Part shown: positions 36,741-58,670 of the stretch, in pieces
How positions within the stretch are numbered: the first letter of the stretch is position 1
Layout of the letters: each line of letters opens with the position of its first letter
Source: the human T2T-CHM13v2.0 reference genome, Homo sapiens
NCBI RefSeq assembly: GCF_009914755.1
Contig: NC_060930.1
DNA length: 64,000 bases
Direction: 5' to 3' (one strand)
The notes under the pieces: model-generated
Database searches by the model: none
Told to the model about the DNA's origin: nothing
What the model saw: only the letters and a program-made list of their open reading frames with translations
Translations under genes and position numbers: made by a program

Positions 36741-36979
36741 GTACTGGGCCTTGGATATTGGCAGTGAACTCTGGCTCCTGCCAGAATAGACACATCTGTC
36801 CACGTGGCCTTGAGTTTCAGCAACAATATCCAGTTAACAGCTTTGGTGGCAACAACTGTAGCATCGCAGCTGGCACTGCAGCACCAAGGGAGGCCCTGGG
36901 GCCTTTCCACCTGAAGGCAGCTTGTTCTGCTCATCAGAACAAGTGGGGATTCTGGAACTGCTATTTGCACCTCAAATAG
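36741..36979 (+). other. Candidate downstream exon for the GCNT6 cassette (TGPWILAVNSGSCQ...CYLHLK*), not convincingly GT14-like
   Basis: AG at 36739-36740 gives a phase-1 entry into the frame of ORF 36758..36979. No transcript evidence is available from sequence alone. Confidence 0.35.
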
Positions 36980-37127
36980 TAAAGCCAGATCCCCACCCTC
37001 TAGCCCACCAAGCTACAGTATATAAAAACCAAAAAACAATACCTAAAATGTTCATTTATCTCAGGATGTGTATTAGTTTCATATGGCTGTTGTAATAGAT
37101 TACCAAAAATTCGGTGGCTGGTTTTGA

Positions 37128-37346
<219 letters not shown>

Positions 37347-39035
37347 TGACCTCGAACTCCTGACCTCAGGTGATCTGCCCGCCTCGGCCTCTGAAAGTGC
37401 TAGGATTACAGGCGTGAGCCACGGCACCCAGCCTCAGTGGCTGTTTTAACACAAATTTATGATCTTACCGTTCTATGGGTCAGAAGTCTGACGTGGGTCT
37501 CACTGGACTAAATTCAAGGCATTGGCAGGGCTGCAGTCCTAACTGGAGGGTCTAGGGAGCATGTTTCCTCATCTTTTCTAGCTTCTAGAGGCTGCCCACA
37601 TACTTTGGCACCTGGTCATCTTTCTCCATCTTCAAACCCAACAACATCGCATCTCTCTGACTGTTCTTCCCTCATCCCATCTTCCTCTGACCACGGCAGG
37701 AAAGTTTCTGTTTTTAAGGAACAATGTGATAAGACTCGGCCCAACTTTACTTCTTATTCCCAAATTAGTCAACAAAGAATTTGAGAAATGGATTCTGAAA
37801 CTCATGTTACCAACATTCATGAATGACTTTTGTTTTTGTTTGTTTGTTTGTTTTTTGAGATGGCCTCACTCTGTTGCCCAGGCTGGAGTGCAGTGGTGCG
37901 ATCTCGGCTCACTGAAACCTCTGTCTCCCAGGTTCAAGCAATTCTCCTGCCTTAGCCTCCAGAGTAGCTGGGATTACAGGTGCCCGCCACCACGCCAGGC
38001 TAATTTTTTTTTTTGTATTTTTAGTATTTTCTAGTAGAGATGTGGTTTTACCATGTTGGCTAGGCTGGTCTCGAACTCCTGGCCTCAGGTGATCCATCCA
38101 CCTCGGCCTCCCAAAGTGCTGGGATGACAGACGTGAGCCACCACACCCAGCCTTGAATGACTTATTTTTTTATGGCCTTATGTGTAGGGATTTTGTAAGG
38201 GACCACAGGGTCAAGATTAGGGTGAGACATGTGAAACACCTGGGGTATACAACTCAAGAAGGTGTTCACGTTCAGGGTCAGCACTCACATAACCCTGAGA
38301 GTGAATGCCTCATCACTTGACCCTAGTCCTGCCCTGATACACAATAAACCTGCACATAAATCGTTAATACAGAAATAGTGTTACTCTAAGAGTGTGATGC
38401 AAGTTATTCAAATAGCAGATTCAGGCATCACATATCACCAATGAAGTGGCACTGTACAAGTAAGTTTTAGGAAAATATGTGCTTTACCTTAAGTGATAGA
38501 TGCCTTACATTGAAACATTACAGACCCAAATATTGTTAAGCCAAACATACACCTCTGCAGTCTGGGGTTAGCGTTAGCAAAGCAGGCTATAACAAATTAA
38601 ATTGTAAGACTAATAATAATGATTTAAAAACAAGAAAAGCAATTGAAAACAAAACCAACTCAGCATCACACTGATAAAAAAGTGCCCTTATGGAGTTCCA
38701 ATGAGATCCATTCATGTGTGTATGCAGTAGGAGCTTCATGAGATTGGCAAGTTTAATAAGAAGCCAGACTCAGCAATGGGATATTGAATATAAACCCTAG
38801 TAATGCATTGATTTTAATTTTTGAAAACGAAATTATACTTTCCTTTACTATTTAGTAATTAGTTACTAAATAATAATTAGTTACTAAATAGTAAAGACTA
38901 TTACTGTTAGTAATAGTAATAGTAAATAGTGAAGACTCCTCAGTTGCCATAAAAATTAGTCTATTCAGTTCCACATTATATCACCATAAGAAAAGAGGAA
39001 TATGTGGATCGCTTTGCTGCCAAAAAGGATCCTCA

Positions 39036-39179
<144 letters not shown>

Positions 39180-39222
39180 TTAGCTGGGCATGGTGGCAGG
39201 CACCTGTAATTCCAGCTACTCA

Positions 39223-39363
<141 letters not shown>

Positions 39364-39439
39364 CTACTGACCACCCTTTGACAAGATGAGGTAAAGGTGA
39401 AAATGGAAAAGGTGAATACTGTTTGGAGTGCTCAGTTCA

Positions 39440-41970
<2,531 letters not shown>

Positions 41971-43207
41971 TGGCTTTTTAAACTTTATCTATTCCTTTCT
42001 TTCTATTAAACATAACTGAAGCGCCCTTTCTGTTTTCCTTTCAATTTCCACAAGCCTTAGTTCATTTAGGACCATAATTTGCTCCCAATACTTACATGGG
42101 TTCATGCTATTTATTTTTATTTTTATGCCATCTGTCTCTACCATTTTGGAACAGAGATGATCAAATAGCCCCTGTGTCTAATTTCTTTTTGGAGTCATTG
42201 GTCTCGATGTTGTTTGATTCTTGTTCTTTAGAACCTCCCATTCCTCTTGGGCCATCTTTCTTAAAATCATACCCTAGGCTTTTTGTCTTCATTGTTATGG
42301 GCACTTGTTTGCTAATGGACCCTGACTCTGCATGCACCTGTTGAGGGAAGAGGTGCCAGGACCACATGCTTAAGAGCACTCTCTCTCTCATATAACCTGT
42401 GGCCTGGAAAAGAGACACGGTGTGGTTAGCTACAAAGACCAGATTATGTGATCTATCTAGGCTCCTCCATTCTGAAAATGTTGGCCAGAAGCTGTAAGAG
42501 AATCCTATAAAAACGAACTGCATTTTCCCTAAATCTGTGGGCTATCTATTCTAGACAGAATCCATTCACTGATAGTGCAAAGAAGTACAAAGATGCCCTC
42601 CAATCAGCCTTCCTTCTAGTTGTAATTATGGCAAGACACCAGAATATTATGATACAAATTCCCTCTCTTCTTCAAGGTCTGGGGCTCCTTTGCACACAGT
42701 CTGCTGAATACTCACATTTTTAGCAGAGTCCGAGACTGACCAAAGTGTTGTCTGAGAGCTGGTCAGAGGTCTGGGCAATCTCTGAGTCACCTGGGACCCC
42801 AGTGACTTCTTATTTCTTCCCATCCTTCTGTGACTTCCTAAAAAGATAGGAAGGAACTAAAACATAAGACATTCAACAGCTTTCTTATAATAATCTCCAA
42901 GAAATATAATAAGAAAAGATCCCACTAACATAAAATACATCTAAACAATTTAAACAAGAAATGTTCAAGATAAAAGTCAAGGTGGGGAAAAAATGTTCAG
43001 CTTATGTAACTGATAAAGGTTTAATCACCTTTTTATATAAAGTGGCCAATTACAAATCAATAAGAGAGGACTGTCTTTATAAAAAATTGTGGGATGAGGA
43101 GGAGTTGGATGCTAGTCCAGACTATTTCACAGTTGCCACCAAGGGAAACTCGAGGAAAGAAGAAGGAGACGGTGAAGTGGCAGATTTAGTATTTATGTGA
43201 AACTATA

Positions 43208-43437
43208 CAGTCGTCCTTCAGTATATGGGGGGATTGTTTCCAGGACCCCCACATATACCAAAATCCATGCACACTCAAGTCCTTCCCTAAGGAACTCAGC
43301 ATAGGAAAAGTCAGCCCTTCCTATATGTGGATTTCACATCCCACAAATACTGTATTTTCCATCGACCTTTGGTTGAAAAAATTTCCGGTATAAGTGGATC
43401 CACTCAATTCAAATCCACACTATCGAAGGGTGAATTA
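43208..43437. mobile_element. MER2-type Tigger derivative
   Basis: ta-cagtcgtccttcagtat...ccaggacccc terminus and degenerate aagggtgaatta-ta end. Confidence 0.65.
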
Positions 43438-43565
43438 TAATTAAAAGAAAACCCTATAGGACCAATCTCCTCAACTCCACCTATGTTTTGGGAAGAAGTG
43501 GAAGAATGTTGGGATCTCTTCTCTTCCTCTACAAAATAAGTATAAAACATGCTTTTTTTTTTTGA

Positions 43566-43724
<159 letters not shown>

Positions 43725-43767
43725 TAGTGGAGACGGGGTTTCTCCATGTTGGCCAGGCTGTTATTGA

Positions 43768-44730
43768 ACACCAGCGAACACCAAAACAAACCACTGGGGA
43801 ACCACTTATTCCTTGATCCACCTCCATGAATCTTTTACTTAATGAGGCATGGAAATTGAATGCATTAAAGACACAATTTTTAGAATGTAACGTATTAGCC
43901 TTAAAATATGATTTAATATCCATAATAAGAATTCAAACACACAAACCACTCAGCTGAATTTCTAAAACACATTACAGGAAAATTATTGGCTACCCCTCCC
44001 TGCAGAGTACACGCCTATAATCCCAGCTACTCAAGGGCTGAGACAGAATTGCTTGAACCTGGGAGGTGGAGGTTGCAGTGAGCTGAGATTGCATCACTGC
44101 ACTCCAGACTGGGCGACAGAGTGAGACTCTGTCTTAAAAAATAAAATAAAATAAAATAAAAATAGAGATGGGATCTTGCTATATTGCCCAGGCTGATCTC
44201 CTACTCCTAGGCTCAAATGATCCTCCCACCTAGGTCTCCCAAAATACTGGGATTACAGGTGTGAGCCACCCTGCTCAGCCCAAAACGTGCATTCTAAGAT
44301 CATCATCAAAAGGTATAGTTTCTTGTACCTCTGCAGTTCTCAGAGTATGGTTCCTAGAGCAGTCAGCACTGGGAACTTGGAAATGAAATTATCTGGCCCC
44401 TCCCCAGACCCGCAGAATCAGAAACTCTGCAGGGAGGGGTAGCCATCTGCGTTCTCAAGCCTAGGTGATTCTGAGGTATGCTAGCCTTTGAGAACACCTG
44501 TCATAGGGAAATAATTTTCCTGTAATGTGTTTTAGAAATTCAGCTAAGTAGTTTGTGTGTTTGAATCCTTATTATAGACATTAAATCATATTTAAAGGCT
44601 AATATATTACATTCTAAAAATTAAGTCTTTAATGCATTCGATTTCCATGACTCATTAAGTAAAAGATTCACAGAGGTGGATCAAGGAATAGGTGGTTCCC
44701 TAATGGTTTGTTTTGTTGGTTCGTTGGTGT
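43768..44730. repeat. Inverted duplication: 43768-43987 vs 44510-44730 (~91% identity by manual alignment), plus a perfect 22-bp match 43987-44008 vs 44424-44445
   Basis: Direct reverse-complement comparison within the window. Confidence 0.93.
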
Positions 44731-45987
44731 CTAAAGAAAAACAGTCCATGGAAGAGCCAACAGCAAAGAGAACAAATACACAAATTCCCATGTCCTGCAG
44801 GAAGAACTCGGCTTGTTTAGGGACCCTCCACAATTCCCCGACTGATTCCAACCACTTCTGTCTCTCTCCTCATGAACCCTGTAGATGCCCCTGGATCCAC
44901 AAACCAAGAAATCTCAGTTAGGAGTCTTAGAGCTGTGAAGTGGATTTTTCAGGAAAATATTCACAAAGGCTGCCACGGTAACACTTTCTCCTTTTTTTTT
45001 TCTCTCTCCATTGGAACTTCCATTTTCACCATTAGAATAAAGAGAGGGAATGAAAGAATGACAGTATCTGTCTGGAATGATCACGGAAATGATTGCGCCT
45101 GGGTCATAAAGCAAATGATCAAGAATTAATAGCTCTGAATACATGCCAGTAGATTTGCAGTAATTATTTCATCTTATAGATTTAGAGCCTTAGAATCCTC
45201 CTCATTTTATAGATAGGGAAACTGAGGCTCTGAGAAAGAAAATGACAAGCCCGTGAGGTGCTAGTGAGAGGCAGGACCAGGAACAGAACGTGGCCATCTG
45301 ACTCGGAGCCCAGGGCTTTGTCACCGCAACCTGCCTCCCTTAAGTCTCTGCCTCCTGCAGTAATAGCTAGATGGAACGCAGAAAGCCCTCCAAGTCCTAG
45401 GAACACACTATACATGGTAGCATTTGACTAGCCTTCCCTGCTCACACACACACACACACAAACATATTTGCTTGATGTGGAACAAGTTACAAAATTCTTT
45501 GGTGTACTTCTCAGTTCATGCGTCATCTTAATGTATAGACGGGCGTGAAAATAACCTCCTGTTTGTGAACCACAAGAGAGATTTCCTCTGGTTTTGCCCT
45601 CGGTGCCTTCAGAGAAAGAGTCTATGGGAAAGCCCCTCCTCGCTTCCCCTCTCTCTTCCTTTTGGACCTAGAAGCTGAGAACTCATTTTTCTTAGTCAGT
45701 CATTTTCACAGCCCAGTCTATGAAGAATGCTACTGCGTGATAAAATCCTCACTGAACTTCGGCAAAATGAGAAAAAGGGACGATGTAGCAAGTTTTTCAT
45801 AAAGCCATGTTTCCGAAGTTTAAAGGACTGTCCTTTGTTTGAAATGAAGTCCTTCCTCTTTTGTCTGTATGTTAAAATACCATATTTAGAAATGAAATGA
45901 TAGAAATAGATGATGGAAGTCACTTAATTAAATGGAAAAACCAAAAAGTTGGCCATTATATATTTGTTAATCTTCTTAATATTTCTA

Positions 45988-46347
<360 letters not shown>

Positions 46348-47302
46348 TTAAAAAGTGCTTCTTACCCATATGTGAAGAGCAAGTTTTTTCTTTCCAATCA
46401 GTTGTACAGTAACATTATTATAAAATATAATGAAAAGGATTAATTTTAAAAAAACCAAAATGCTGCCTGGATGTTGCAGTAATGTCAGATTGTTATAAAA
46501 GTTCCCCAATCTGCCCAATTTCTTCATTTTCTTACTGCAGACTATCGGTTAAATAGTTGGGAAAACAGCCCCCATCTGTAGGACACACCTGCAGTACATG
46601 AAGTTAGAACATCACACTCTTTGTAACACCAGACTCTGCAAGGATGTGATGAGAAAAGATATGGCCCAATCCATTTGGAAAATGCTGAGAAAATAATGCA
46701 GAAATTTCAGAGCCATTCATCTGGTGATACAGGGAGCAACATGCAATCTTTTTTGAACTTATTTGAACATAGAACAACCACCCCTATTTTTAGTAGTTCA
46801 TCTCGTTCATGTCTTTCTCTTAACTCTCGTGTTTCATAGATCGCAGTTTGGGAAACCATGCTCTGAAACATAACAGCTGCCTGTTTTCTAGGAGAGAACA
46901 TTGATGGCACACCCCCTAAGCCAGCTTTGCATTTAGAACACTGGGATGGGCCACACTGCAGAATGTGGATGTGTCTGTGTGCCCACATCTCTTCCTATAA
47001 CTTTACTTCATCAAGAAGCAAAACTGGCAGGCGCGGTGACTCACGCCTGTAATCCCAGCACTTTGGGAGGCCGAGGCGGGTGGATCACGAGGTCAGGAGA
47101 TCAAGACCATCCTGGCCACCATAGTAAACCTCGTTTCTACTAAAAATACAAAAATTAGCTGGACATGGTGGCACGTGCCTGTAATCCCAGCTACTCGGGA
47201 GGCTGAGGCAGGAGAATCACTTGAACCAGGGAGTCAGAGGTTGCACTGAGCTGAGATCGCACTACTGCACTCCAGCCTGGTGACAGAGCAGGACTCCATC
47301 TC

Positions 47303-47304
47303 AA

Positions 47305-47351
<47 letters not shown>

Positions 47352-47352
47352 A
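47303..47352. repeat. (AAAT)n microsatellite derived from an Alu tail
   Basis: Seen directly after the Alu at 47027-47302. Confidence 0.93.
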
Positions 47353-48291
47353 TTTGAAGGGTTTTTTTAGACCAAGGATTTGCAAACTATAGCTCATGGT
47401 CCAAATCCAACCTGCCACCTGTTCTTGTAAATAAAGTTTAATTGGGAGGCAGCCAAGCTCACTGGTTTCCTTTTTGGCTGCTTCTACAGGATGGCCTTCA
47501 GAGTCAGAAATATTTATCTGGTCAACCCCTGCTCTTGCTTCATTTAGACACATTTTTTAAAAATCATACTTTACTTTTTATTTACACACAAGATTGATAT
47601 AAATGAAATAAATTGGTCATTTCTTCACAACAAATATGCAAGAAAACATGGATTTGTGGTCATTTCTCTAAAAACAAATATTTGCTCTACTAAATTCAAA
47701 TTTTGGCCCTGCTGATTTGTTTTCTGTGCCCTTTTCATTTCACTGCCAAATCATAGTGTCATCTTTTTGAAAATATTTTAAATAGGCTCAGCAATAAAGA
47801 CCGGCTTCTCACATGGGATCACTGCTAGGGCTGGAGTCCTCTGACAATTCTATAGGGGAGGAAAGACATTTTTTTCCTATACCCTTCATAATTTTTAGGT
47901 GCCCTCCCCAGCATAATGAAAGATGGATTAACAACAGAAGAGCTGACATTTATTAACATGTATACATACCCACACCCAGAAGATACCCAGGGAAAAATGA
48001 ATGACTCTCAGAGAGATGGCTTAGAACTCAGGCTTTAACACCATCTTCATCTCAAAGGAAATTGACGGAGGCAAGTTATGGAGAGGTTGAGCAGGAAAAG
48101 CACAGTAAGCAATGGTAAATTTCATCATGCAAATTTAAAAGTCAGCGCCTTCTCCATTGATGGGCATCTTTATTGATTTAATCCTCCTCTTTCTGGTGCA
48201 GAGGGAAACATCCTTATAAATGGAGATTTCCTTACGTGTAAAATTCTCTTACAAAAAGGTAACTTCAGCAGGGCGCGGTGGCTCATGCCTA

Positions 48292-48621
<330 letters not shown>

Positions 48622-49295
48622 TCAATCCTTATGCCAAGGAGGCATATTTTGGGGTGGCATATTCTGGTCTCCTGTGGTCACAAGATGGCCTCGTGACAGT
48701 CTGTCAGTTGGCACTGGCTGTCTACTGGGGCCTGTCAGTTCTCCACAAGGCCTCTCATCCTCTAGGCTTGAGTGGGCTTCCTCACACCAATGTTCCAAGA
48801 GAGCAGGCGCCACGTGTAAGAAAGGGCTTACCAAGCCTCTGCTTGCAACCTATTTGCCGATGGCTCATTGGCTAAAGCGAGTCACGCAGTCAAGGCCAGC
48901 AGTGATGCAAGAGGGGTCTCCTCAGGACATAGCTACTTGGAGGCGATTCACCTGTTCACCATGATATTGGAGGTGTTCACTATGATAATGTTACCATCTA
49001 TCATAAGAAGGGAAGGAGGGGCCGGGCGAGGTGGCTAATGCCTGTAATCCCAGCACTTCGGGAGGCCGAAGTGGGCGGATCACGGGGTCAGGAAATCGAG
49101 ACCATCCTGGCGAACACGGTGAAACCCCGTGTCTACTAAAAATACAAAAAAAGTAGCCGGACGTGGTGGTAGGAGCCTGTAATCCCAGCTACTCCGCAGG
49201 CTGAGGCAGGAGAATTGCTTGAATCTGGGAGGCGGAGCTTGCAGTAAGCAAAGATCGCACCACTGCACTCCAGCCTAGGCGACAGAGCTAGACTG

Positions 49296-49410
49296 CAGAA
49301 GAAAAAGAGAAAGAGAGGGGAGAAGGTGAGGAGGGGGAGAGGAGAGGGAGAGAGGGAGAGAGGGGGAGAGGAAGAGAGAGGGGAAGAGGGGGAGACGGGG
49401 AGAGGGGGAG
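49296..49410 (+). repeat. Nearly pure polypurine (G/A) tract replacing an AluY tail
   Basis: ~115 nt of gaagaaaaagagaaagagagggg...ggggagagggggag with very few pyrimidines. Confidence 0.85.
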
Positions 49411-49433
49411 GTGGCTCATGCCTGTAATCCCAG

Positions 49434-51108
49434 AGAGAGGTGACAGCTGCTGGCAGCCCTCGCTTGCTCTTGGTGCCTCCTCGGCCTCGGCGTCCGCTCT
49501 GGCCATGCTCAGGGAGCCCTTCAGCCCGCCTCTGCGCTGTCGGGGCCCCTCTCTGGGCTGGTTGAGGCCGGAGCCGGCTCCCTCAGCCTGCTGGGAGGTG
49601 TGGAGGGAGAGGCACGGAAAGGAACTGGAGCTGCGCGCGGCGCTTGCCGGCCAGCTAGAGTTCCGGGTGGGCGTGGGCTTGGCTGGCCCCGCACTCGGAG
49701 CGGCCGGGCGACCCCGCCGGCCTTGGGCAGTGAGGGGCTTAGCCCCCAGGCCAGTAGATGTGGAGGGTGCACGGGGTCCCCCAGCAGTGCCGGCCCACCG
49801 AGGCTGCGCTCGATTTCTCGCCAGGCCTTAGCTGCCTCCCCGCGGGGCAGGGCTCAGGACCTGCAGCCCGCCATGCGTGAGCCTCCCCTGCCCCACGCTG
49901 TCGGCTCCTGCAAGGCCCGAGCCTCCCCGACGAGCGTGGCTCTCTGCTCCGAGGCGCCCAGTCCCATTGAGGACCCAAGAGCAGAGGAGTGCGGGCGCAG
50001 GGAGCGAGACTGGCAGGCAGCTCCACCTGCGGCCCCAGTGCGGGATCCACTGGGTGAAGCTAGCTGGGCTACCCAGTCTAGTGGGGACTTGGAGAACCTC
50101 TATGTCTAGTCAAGGGAGGGTAAACACACCAATCAGCACTCTGTGTCTAGCTCGGGGTTTGTGGATGCACCAGTGGGCACTCTGTATTTAGCTAATCTGG
50201 TGGGGACTTGGAGAATCTTTATGTCTAGCTAAGGGATTGTGAATACAGCAATTGGCACTCTGTATCTAGCTCAAGGTTTGTAAATGCACCAATCAGCACC
50301 CTGTGTCTATTTCAAGGTTTGTAAATGCACCAATCTGCACTCTGTGTCTAGCTGATCTGGTGGGGACTTGGAGAACCTTTATGCCTAGCTAAGGGATTGT
50401 GAATGCACCAATCAGCACTCTGTGTCTAGCTCGGGGTTTGTAAATGCACCACTCAGCACCCTGTGTCTAGCTCAAGGTTTGTAAATGCACCAGTCAGTGC
50501 TCTGTGTCTAGCTAATCTAGTGGGGACTTAGAGAACTTTTGTGTCTAGCTCAAGGTTTGTAAACGCACCAATCAGCACCCTGTCAAAACGGACCAATCAG
50601 TTGTCTGTAAAACAGACCAATTGGCTCTCTGTAAAATGGACCAATCAGTAGGATGTGGGTGGGGCCAGATAAGAGAATAAAAGCAGGCCGCCGGAGCAGG
50701 CGGTGGCCATTTGGTGAGGTTGTGTTATGTGGTGTGGGTGGTTTGTTTTTACTTTGTAATGAATTTTACTGTTGCTCAATGTTTGGGTCAACACTGCCTT
50801 TGTGAGTTATAACACTCACTGCGAAGGTTTGCAGTTTCAATAATGAAGCCAGTGAGACTGTAAACCCACTGGGAGCAACTAATAATGCGTCGCCCTAACA
50901 GCTGGGACGCCCACCACAAAGGTCTGTAGCTTCAGTCCTGAGCTAGAGACCACGAACCCACTAAAAGCAAAAAAACTGAACGCAGCTGAGCTATCAGTAG
51001 GGAGAAACGCTGGTGGACACGCTGCCTTTAAGAACTGTAACACTCACTGTGAGGTTCCATAGCTTCATTTTGGAAGTCTAGACCAAGAACACGCTAATTC
51101 TGGTCACG
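49434..51108 (+). mobile_element. LTR12 solo LTR inserted into an Alu left arm
   Basis: Starts gagaggtgacagc, has CCAAT tandem repeats at 50120-50650 and an AATAAA TATA-like box at 50676-50681. The Alu is split as ...gtaatcccag | ctagcacttt..., with TSD ccag/ctag. Confidence 0.93.
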
Positions 51109-51248
51109 CTAGCACTTTGAGAGGCCAAGGTGTGTGGATTACTTGAGGCCAGGAGTTCAAGACCAGCTTGGCCAGCATGGTAAAACCCTGTCTCTACCAA
51201 ATATACAAAAATTAGCCTGGCGCATGGCAGCACGTTCCTGTAATCCTA

Positions 51249-51356
<108 letters not shown>

Positions 51357-52020
51357 TCAAAAAAAAAAAAAAAAAAAATCCCAACCCTTTTCTTGTTACA
51401 GCAATCTCAAGGGAGTTTAGATTCCCCCATAAGATAACATAAAAACCTTTTTATAGGAACAGCATATAGTTCTGATATAACAATCTTGGTGCATCCACTA
51501 GTTCTTTGTCTAGTATTAAAATCCATTTTTAAAGTTTCTTTGAGCTTCAAGAATAAAGGTGCAAAGCCCATTCTGTTCCTTTTTCAACTTCTCCAGAAGT
51601 TTTCCCTTTTGCCTATTTCTTGCTATTAGAGAAGATTCTGGTTAAGACGACTCTGGTTAAACAAAGCATTCATATAACAAGTTTCCCTTTAGGTTGGTCT
51701 AACAATGCAGGCATCTCCATCATGGTCCACATTCTGAAAAGGTAGCAAGGGGTGAATCCTTACCCCTTTTGGCAGCGGTGGGATCAAGAATGGTTGTGGA
51801 GTAGATATATTTCAGGAAGCTCAAGCAGTCTATGCCTAAGGTCTGGCAGGCATCTTGATTCTGCCAGACCCATGACCTAACCACACACAATGATGCTATC
51901 CCAGTTTCTTCCTTTTCAGTGAATAGAACAACTAACCATGCTATTACTCAAGCCAAAAAATCCTAGGGGTAACTCTGGATTCTGCCTATCTCCCTCATCA
52001 CAATCAAAAAGCTGACATTT

Positions 52021-52952
<932 letters not shown>

Positions 52953-53129
52953 ATTTTATCTCTAAAATGCACCTTAAAGTTCTCCACCTCTCTCCGTATA
53001 CACCACATCCACCCTGGAATTAAACTCCAGTCTCTAGGCCAGGACAGCTGCAGTAGTTTCCTAACGGCTCTCTGTCTCTCCTCCCATCTCCCTCCACACT
53101 ATGTTCCATAGAACAGCTGGAGTGAGTTT

Positions 53130-58670
<5,541 letters not shown>

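Noticed and set aside
38941-39025. Short anchors (tcaccataa, atgtggatc, gccaa) shared with the C6orf52 last exon
   Set aside because: Only about half the positions match and a large gap is needed, so it cannot be told from chance by eye. Worth re-testing if the 42/62 kb duplication is confirmed.
49418-50191. Overlapping 100-170 aa GC-rich ORFs, with similar ones at 6637-7213
   Set aside because: They are LTR12 U3 sequence; stop-poor because of GC content, and the two sets match each other.
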